64,000 bases of DNA, from contig JAXGOY010000001.1 in assembly GCA_040767225.1 (NCBI GenBank), forward strand, positions 31,128 to 95,127. Direction: 5' to 3'. The translations under genes and the position numbers were made by a program. Numbering within the stretch: the stretch's first letter is position 1; each line of letters begins with the position of its first letter. Positions 59,201 through 64,000 of the stretch are shown in pieces. The DNA comes from Candidatus Dojkabacteria bacterium (lineage in GTDB: Bacteria; Patescibacteriota; Dojkabacteria; SC72). The notes beneath the pieces are model-generated. The model saw only the letters and a list, made by a program, of their open reading frames with translations, made no database searches and was not told the origin of the DNA.

Positions 59201-60022
59201 TTAAATTATCAAACAAACATGCTATTGTCATAGGACCAACTCCTCCAGGAACTGGAGTAATATATCCTACGATATCTTTTACACTATTAAAATCAACATC
59301 TCCCACTAACTTACCCTCACTATTTCTATTTGTTCCAACATCAATTACAATACTTCCATTTTTAACATATTCAGAATTAATATATTCAGCCCTTCCTATA
59401 CTTGATACTAATATATCTGCATCTTTACATATATCTTTTAGTTCTTGTGTATGTGAATGACATATGGTTACAGTAGCATTTCTTGTTTTGAAGCATTGCT
59501 GCAATGGGTAGTCCTGATATATCTCCTCTACCAATAACAACTGCTCTTTTCCCTTCAATTTGTATATCATAGTTATCCAACAATTTAATTACTCCTTTAG
59601 CAGTAGCAGGTGGTATTGCAGATGAATCATTTTAAATAGTTTTCCTAAATTAGTAGATGTAAGTCCATCAACATCTTTAGAAGGGAGTATACTTTCTAAT
59701 ACTTCACTTTCGTTAATATGCTCAGGCATTGGTAGTTGTACCATAATTCCATCAACTTCATTCTCATTATTAAGCTCTTTATGAGTTTAATTAATTGAGC
59801 CTGTGAAATGTCTTTATCAAATGTATGTATATTTACTAATATTCCTAAATCTAATGCTTTTTTCTCTTTCATATTTACATACATCTGACTAGCATAATCA
59901 TCTCCTACAAGCATTATATCTATTCTTGGTGCTCTTTTACCTTCTTGAAGATATTTCTGGATTTCTGTTTTTAGATTCTGTAACATCACAGATGATGTAT
60001 ATTTACCGTCTAATATTTCCAT
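59175..60022 (-). pseudogene. folD: Methylenetetrahydrofolate dehydrogenase/cyclohydrolase FolD, disrupted by three +/-1 frameshifts
   Basis: N-terminal fragment 59696-60022 (ILDGKYTSSVMLQNLKTEIQ...IMLVGDDYASQMYV). Continuous FolD sequence (NNENEVDGIMVQLPMPEHINESEVLESILPSKDVDGLTSTNLGKLFK / NDSSAIPPATAKGVIKLLDNYDIQIEGKRAVVIGRGDISGLPIAAMLQNK / NATVTICHSHTQELK...VGTNR...PVPGGVGPMT) is recovered only by shifting frame near 59785, 59650 and 59495, each at an A-run. Confidence 0.7.
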
Positions 60023-60052
60023 TTATGTATATTTAAAATTATTCTATGTATT

Positions 60053-60732
60053 TTACTCCATATCTCTTACTGCTGTAACTATACCCCTTCTTGTATTTGA
60101 TCCTACAGGCCAGCATGTCATTAAAGTAAGAGTGTCCTGATCCATATATTTACCTAAATATTTTATCTCCTCTGGTTTAACTACCTTAAACTCTACCACC
60201 TTGTATTTATATATCTTTCCTTCATAGCTTACATATATCTGATCCTCTTTCTCTAACTCTCTAAAAGATAGAAGTAGACATTGTATTTTCTTCTTTCATA
60301 GAAATTAACAGTAGAGTGTGCAAAAAGAAATACATTACCATGTTCATCTGGTAGTGCAGACCCTTTTGCATGTGCTACTCCATATACAAGTGCATTTCTA
60401 TATTCCTCAAAGTTATTAATATCCACATTCTTTATTACCTTTGCATTTGCTTTTATCTTAGGAATATATATTCCAAAATCACTGTTTACAAATACAATCT
60501 CTGTATCTTCATCTATCTTCTCAGTGATATTTTGTTCATTTTCTGTAATTTCTACTTTAATTTCCTTAGGTGGTTTAGGTGAAAAACGATAATCAAAATA
60601 TGATGACAAAAATGGCTGATATGTAAAAAACAGTATAATTAATCCAACAAGGAGAAGCAGGATACCTGTGTATTTCAGGTATCCTGTTTTTTTCTTTTTA
60701 CTTTTTTCTTCTGATGTAGTTGTAGATTCCAC
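60053..60732 (-). pseudogene. Second sortase gene, interrupted by a frameshift
   Basis: N-terminal ORF 60253-60732 (TM, ...VYGVAHAKGSALPDEHGNVFLFAHSTVNFYERRKYNVYF). The C-terminal part, in the -1 frame to a stop at 60053, reads SFRELEKEDQIYVSYEGKIYKYKVVEFKVVKPEEIKYLGKYMDQDTLTLMTCWPVGSNTRRGIVTAVRDME. The shift lies in ttctatctttt. Confidence 0.65.
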
Positions 60733-61711
60733 TTCCTAATACTACCACAATTAGTGATATAATGAGATATTTGTATTTATCCCATATACTTTCTTCTGTT
60801 TCTTTTTCTTCTGTTTTAGTTTCGTCTTTCGTATCAGTTTCTACTTCCTCTTCCTGTTGTGCAGTAGTCTCTTCCCCTGCTACTTCTCCTGTACTAGTTG
60901 TTTCCTGCTCCTGCTGTGTAGTGGTTTCTTCTCCTGCTACTTCTTCACTTTCCTGTGATGTTGATGTCTGTGTCTGTTCTACAACTGTAACAACATTATC
61001 AGTAACCAGAGCAGATACATTGCTGTACTCATCTACTGCTCTTACTGCATAGTAATATTCTTTTGAGCAGTCAGCTGGTGTATCAGTATATGTTGATAAT
61101 GCATTTGGTGTAACAGTAAGATATGGTTTTGTAATTAGTGTTGTATCATCTGCATAGAATGATTTCTGATTATCAGATCTAAATATCTGTACTTTTGATG
61201 TTGATGATTTGAATTTCAGAGTATATGTACATACTGTTTTCTCTTTTGAATATTCTGTTACTGGAGATGGTTTGTCTGCTACTTTTACAGTAACTACTTC
61301 TGATTCTGCTCCTTCTCCATCAGTAGTTGATGCTATGGCTTTAAAGTAGTATGTTCCACTTCCTGTAACTATACTTTGATCTACCTTACAATCTCCACTG
61401 TTTGTTGTTTTAGATATATCAAAATTAGAGAAGTTTACTCCATCAAGAGAGTACTGACATTGTACAGTTATTGGTTTTACTGGTATTGAGAGTGCTACAT
61501 ATGTAATATTAAACTCTCTATCAGTTATACCTATTTTAGGTTCTTCTAATCTAACACTTACTTTTGCAGTAGTTTGAGCATATGTTTGAACTGGTTTAAG
61601 TAGTGTAAATATACCAATAGCAAATACAAAAGTTATTACTAAGATACTTGTTTTTCTCTTTTTAAAGAATAGTAAGAAGATTCCTAATATCATAGATATT
61701 AATGCTCCCAA
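60698..61711 (-). CDS. Surface protein with FN3-like beta domains, acidic T/E-rich repeat region and C-terminal TM anchor
   Basis: TTG/ATG start region MGALISMILGIFLLFFKKRKTSILVITFVFAIGIFTLLKPVQTYAQT (signal-like). C-terminal ...EESIWDKYKYLIISLIVVVLGSGIYNYIRRKK. The reading frame stays open upstream to 61846. Confidence 0.5.
   Translation of the reverse strand: MGALISMILGIFLLFFKKRKTSILVITFVFAIGIFTLLKPVQTYAQTTAKVSVRLEEPKIGITDREFNITYVALSIPVKPITVQCQYSLDGVNFSNFDISKTTNSGDCKVDQSIVTGSGTYYFKAIASTTDGEGAESEVVTVKVADKPSPVTEYSKEKTVCTYTLKFKSSTSKVQIFRSDNQKSFYADDTTLITKPYLTVTPNALSTYTDTPADCSKEYYYAVRAVDEYSNVSALVTDNVVTVVEQTQTSTSQESEEVAGEETTTQQEQETTSTGEVAGEETTAQQEEEVETDTKDETKTEEKETEESIWDKYKYLIISLIVVVLGSGIYNYIRRKK
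60845..60960 (-). repeat. Imperfect tandem duplication (about 57 nt) encoding EVAGEETT(T/A)QQE repeats
   Basis: Copies at 60845-60901 and 60902-60960 (ttcctg(t/c)t(g/c)...ctcttc(c/t)cctgctacttc). Confidence 0.5.
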
Positions 61712-61903
61712 TGTTATATATGTTTCTGCACCTGTTTTGGGTAATATAAGAGTAGTGGATGCTCCTAATACTTCTCCTCCATCTTCTATTGGTTCTATTA
61801 CTAATACTTTTGTTCCTACAAAGTTGTCTCCCAGTATTCTGTATTAACATCTTCTGATTAGTGCATAACTGATTCCTAAGTACATCTCCACTATCTTTCT
61901 CTG

Positions 61904-64000
61904 CTAGTAAGGAGAATCTCCTTGTACAAATGCAATATCTTTGTAAAGGCCTGGTTCATTAAGAAGGTTTATTTTAGCAGTATATGTTAATGTTACTATT
62001 TCTCCTTCTTTCATATCTCCTAGATTCCAAGTTGCTAGTCCTTCATTGTATTCAGGTTCTGTAGTAATACTTCCTTTGATATTTCCTCTTACAGATGAGT
62101 TAGCTGTCCATGTACCAGACATATATTCAAATCCTTTTGGTAATATATCTGTTACTTTTACATTTTTAATTAGATATGTTCCTTTTTCTTCATTAGATGG
62201 TGCAGTTACTATTATTGTATACAGAACTGTACTTCCAGTTAGTAATCCGTCAATAGGGCTATCATTGTCTTTAGTTATTTTTAATTGTGAAGGAATTGCA
62301 TAGTTACCAAAGTTATATTCTAGACCAACTACAAAATTAGTTGACTGATCTCGATCTGACGGCTTCTCTGGCAACTGTATAATGTGACAGTTATCATCTT
62401 CATTAATTGGATAACTCTGGTTCCATCCTTCCTTTTGGACCTCACATACTTTGTATGTACCTGGGAACAGATGGTCAAACCAATACCATCCAAAATGAGT
62501 TTCTGTATCATCTGTATCCATACTCTTTAGAGGTGTTTCATCGAATCCTTCTTCATTCCCTTTATAGAGATTTATTGTCCAACCTGAAAGTAGTGGTTCC
62601 TCATCAGTTAATCCATCCATATCTATATCATTCCATTTATATCCATGTACAACCCCATTAGGAGTGTTATAGAAGGTACATATTGTATTACTATCTTTAC
62701 TTACATCAACAGAATACATAGTATATCCATCCAACGAACCGTTATTAATTCCACAATTCGCACCAACTATTTCATATCCAAGTTCAACATTTTCTTTAAC
62801 ATCGTAAGTACCTGTTTTAAGTTCAGAAAATACAATCTTTCCATTAAGGAAATCCGTTTTAGAAGATGAGGGATTACTTGTATCATTACTCACTCCGTCT
62901 ACATCAAATTCCCAATTTATACCCATGATTTGATCACCTGTTGTTGTTAAATCTCCGTCTTCATCTATTACTTTGTATACTGTTAGAGATCCAGTATCTC
63001 TTGTATTGGTGAATGTACATGTAATAGTTTCTCCTGCATCTAATTCAAGACTTTCAGCAGTTTCATTATCATTTATTGAACTAATACAACTTGTATTTGT
63101 TAATTCCCAACCAGAAGTAGTTAATTCTTCAATTGAGTATGAGCCTGGTGCTAACCATCCACTATCTATTGATTGATCATTTATTAGGAAGAAATTATCT
63201 CCCCAACTTGAATCAAATTCAAAGGCTTGTTGACTTTGGTCTGGCAAGGTTGTTAATTTCTCAACTATTATTTTTCCACCCTCTAATTCGACAGTAGCAT
63301 CATCTGTATCTGTATCAATAGATCCATCATTATCTGTTGCGGTAGCTGTTACCACATCAGTATAAAAACCAGGGTTACCGTTAACTGCTCCTGTAAATGT
63401 ACATGTATATATTCCTCCGTTAGCAGGAATAGTACCACCAGTAGCACAAGTATCTCGTCCATTTAGATTTCCATATATATTATCTGTTAAAGTTGTTAAT
63501 GTTACTGATTCTTTACTATTGTTTGTAACTACAACTGTAAACAAGACATCTCCACCAGGTACTGATAAAACAAGTGTACCAGCTGTCTTAGTTACTAAAA
63601 TTGTTGGTAATACATTACTAAAGTCTACTGTCGCATCATCTGTGTCTACTGCTTCTGTTTCATCATTGTCTACTGCCTTTCCTGTAAAGACATTAACATG
63701 ATCTGGTCCTGTATAATCTCCCTCCACCCACTTTGTAATACTAAAATCACATGTCGCTCCTGATGCTAATACTGTTCCTACTTTACAATCAGCATCTCCT
63801 GATAAAGTACCATATACACTATCACTTAGACTTTTAATTGTTACTGACTCCTCACTTGATGTGTTCTTAACTGTAAAGGTAAAGGTTACATTGCCTCCTG
63901 TCTCGGGGATTGCTGTTGGATTGGCTGTCTTAGTTACTTCAATTGTTGGTAATACATTACTAAAGTCTACTGTTGCATCATCTGTGTCTACTGCTTCTGT
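61904..64000 (-). CDS. Large surface protein with tandem DUF11-type repeat domains (3' part; gene continues beyond window end)
   Basis: Open on the minus strand from the window end to a TAG at 61904-61906. Contains a repeated 115-aa unit (TEAVDTDDATVDFSNVLPTI(L/E)VTKTA...V.N.S.ESV.L..L.D..YG.L.G...C...G.I.A.G...C.F) and beta-rich modules. No sorting signal precedes the stop. Confidence 0.7.
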   Translation of the reverse strand, partial: TEAVDTDDATVDFSNVLPTIEVTKTANPTAIPETGGNVTFTFTVKNTSSEESVTIKSLSDSVYGTLSGDADCKVGTVLASGATCDFSITKWVEGDYTGPDHVNVFTGKAVDNDETEAVDTDDATVDFSNVLPTILVTKTAGTLVLSVPGGDVLFTVVVTNNSKESVTLTTLTDNIYGNLNGRDTCATGGTIPANGGIYTCTFTGAVNGNPGFYTDVVTATATDNDGSIDTDTDDATVELEGGKIIVEKLTTLPDQSQQAFEFDSSWGDNFFLINDQSIDSGWLAPGSYSIEELTTSGWELTNTSCISSINDNETAESLELDAGETITCTFTNTRDTGSLTVYKVIDEDGDLTTTGDQIMGINWEFDVDGVSNDTSNPSSSKTDFLNGKIVFSELKTGTYDVKENVELGYEIVGANCGINNGSLDGYTMYSVDVSKDSNTICTFYNTPNGVVHGYKWNDIDMDGLTDEEPLLSGWTINLYKGNEEGFDETPLKSMDTDDTETHFGWYWFDHLFPGTYKVCEVQKEGWNQSYPINEDDNCHIIQLPEKPSDRDQSTNFVVGLEYNFGNYAIPSQLKITKDNDSPIDGLLTGSTVLYTIIVTAPSNEEKGTYLIKNVKVTDILPKGFEYMSGTWTANSSVRGNIKGSITTEPEYNEGLATWNLGDMKEGEIVTLTYTAKINLLNEPGLYKDIAFVQGDSPY
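63250..64000 (-). repeat. Tandem 345-nt coding repeats (DUF11-like domain units)
   Basis: actaaagtctactgt(c/t)gcatcatctgtgtctactgcttctgt recurs at 63615-63660 and 63961-64000. A third copy at the protein level lies near 63270-63340. Confidence 0.6.

Noticed and set aside
61662-61850. 62-aa ORF (MLIQNTGRQLCRNKSISNRTNRRWRR...)
   Set aside because: It is an alternative frame of the stranded LPKTG sorting-signal region with an Arg/Asn-rich nonsense translation. The biologically meaningful frame is the one encoding LPKTG.
61846-61906. Possibility that the in-frame TAG/TAA codons reflect an alternative genetic code or programmed readthrough
   Set aside because: All conserved genes in the window are full length with TAA, TAG and TGA behaving as stops under the standard code. 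TGA recoding (code 25) would not explain TAG/TAA in any case. Nonsense mutations or sequence errors are more parsimonious.
1-64000. Search for rRNA, tRNA, CRISPR arrays, integrases or transposases
   Set aside because: Intergenic spacers are short (mostly under 100 nt) and AT-rich, with no cloverleaf-compatible sequence. No regularly spaced direct repeats were seen. No recombinase, relaxase or phage structural genes were recognised, so there is no evidence that any segment is a mobile element or prophage.

Overview
This is an AT-rich (about 30% GC) fragment from a small bacterial genome. The ribosomal-protein sequences and the cell-envelope gene set suggest a CPR/Patescibacteria-type organism with a Gram-positive-like wall: sortases, an LCP family protein, an Rpf/G5 protein, MltG and an amidase with an SH3b domain. 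Conserved proteins are full length under the standard code, and TGA is not read as sense. Coding density is very high, and the strand blocks are minus for 1-24 kb, plus for 24-26 kb, minus for 26-32.4 kb, plus for 32.5-53 kb and minus for 53-64 kb. Identified content:
- 1-9953 (minus strand): rpsH (partial), rpsN, rplE, rplX, rplN, rpsQ, rplP, rpsC, rplV, rpsS, rplB, rplW, rplD, rplC, rpsJ, tuf and fusA. L29 is absent from this cluster, L24 carries a Cys4 zinc knuckle, and fusA is not preceded by rpsL or rpsG.
- About 10-24 kb: a TPR lipoprotein, an RpfB-like G5 plus Rpf transglycosylase, and a UvrD/PcrA helicase. These are followed by a tightly packed seven-gene operon of secreted and membrane proteins headed by an amidase_2-SH3b cell-wall hydrolase. 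The operon includes a VirB6/TrbL-like polytopic protein and an 863-aa protein with a cysteine-rich HExxH C-terminal domain. This operon is the best candidate in the window for an undescribed envelope or host-interaction apparatus.
- About 24-32.4 kb: rsmE and a Sun-family rRNA methyltransferase, then pnp, rpsO, infB, nusA and dnaJ.
- About 32.5-49.2 kb: a sortase, a sugar-type solute-binding protein, several surface proteins, alaS, ruvX, mltG, an LCP protein, holA, rpsT, lepA and recF.
- 49.3-53.1 kb: a T4SS-like module made of a 2-TM VirB3/TcpE-like protein, a 214-aa unknown protein and a VirB4-family ATPase. It is followed by a Lon AAA+ module that lacks a protease domain.
- 54.5-60.0 kb: a dTMP/folate cluster, sufS-dcd-thyX-glyA-folD.
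- 56.4-61.9 kb: a striking local concentration of disrupted genes. thyX has one frameshift, folD has three frameshifts, all at A-runs, and a second sortase has one frameshift. In-frame TAG and TAA codons separate a large DUF11-repeat surface protein from a canonical LPKTG sorting signal that reads straight into the next gene.
- No rRNA, tRNA, CRISPR array or integrase/transposase was found.
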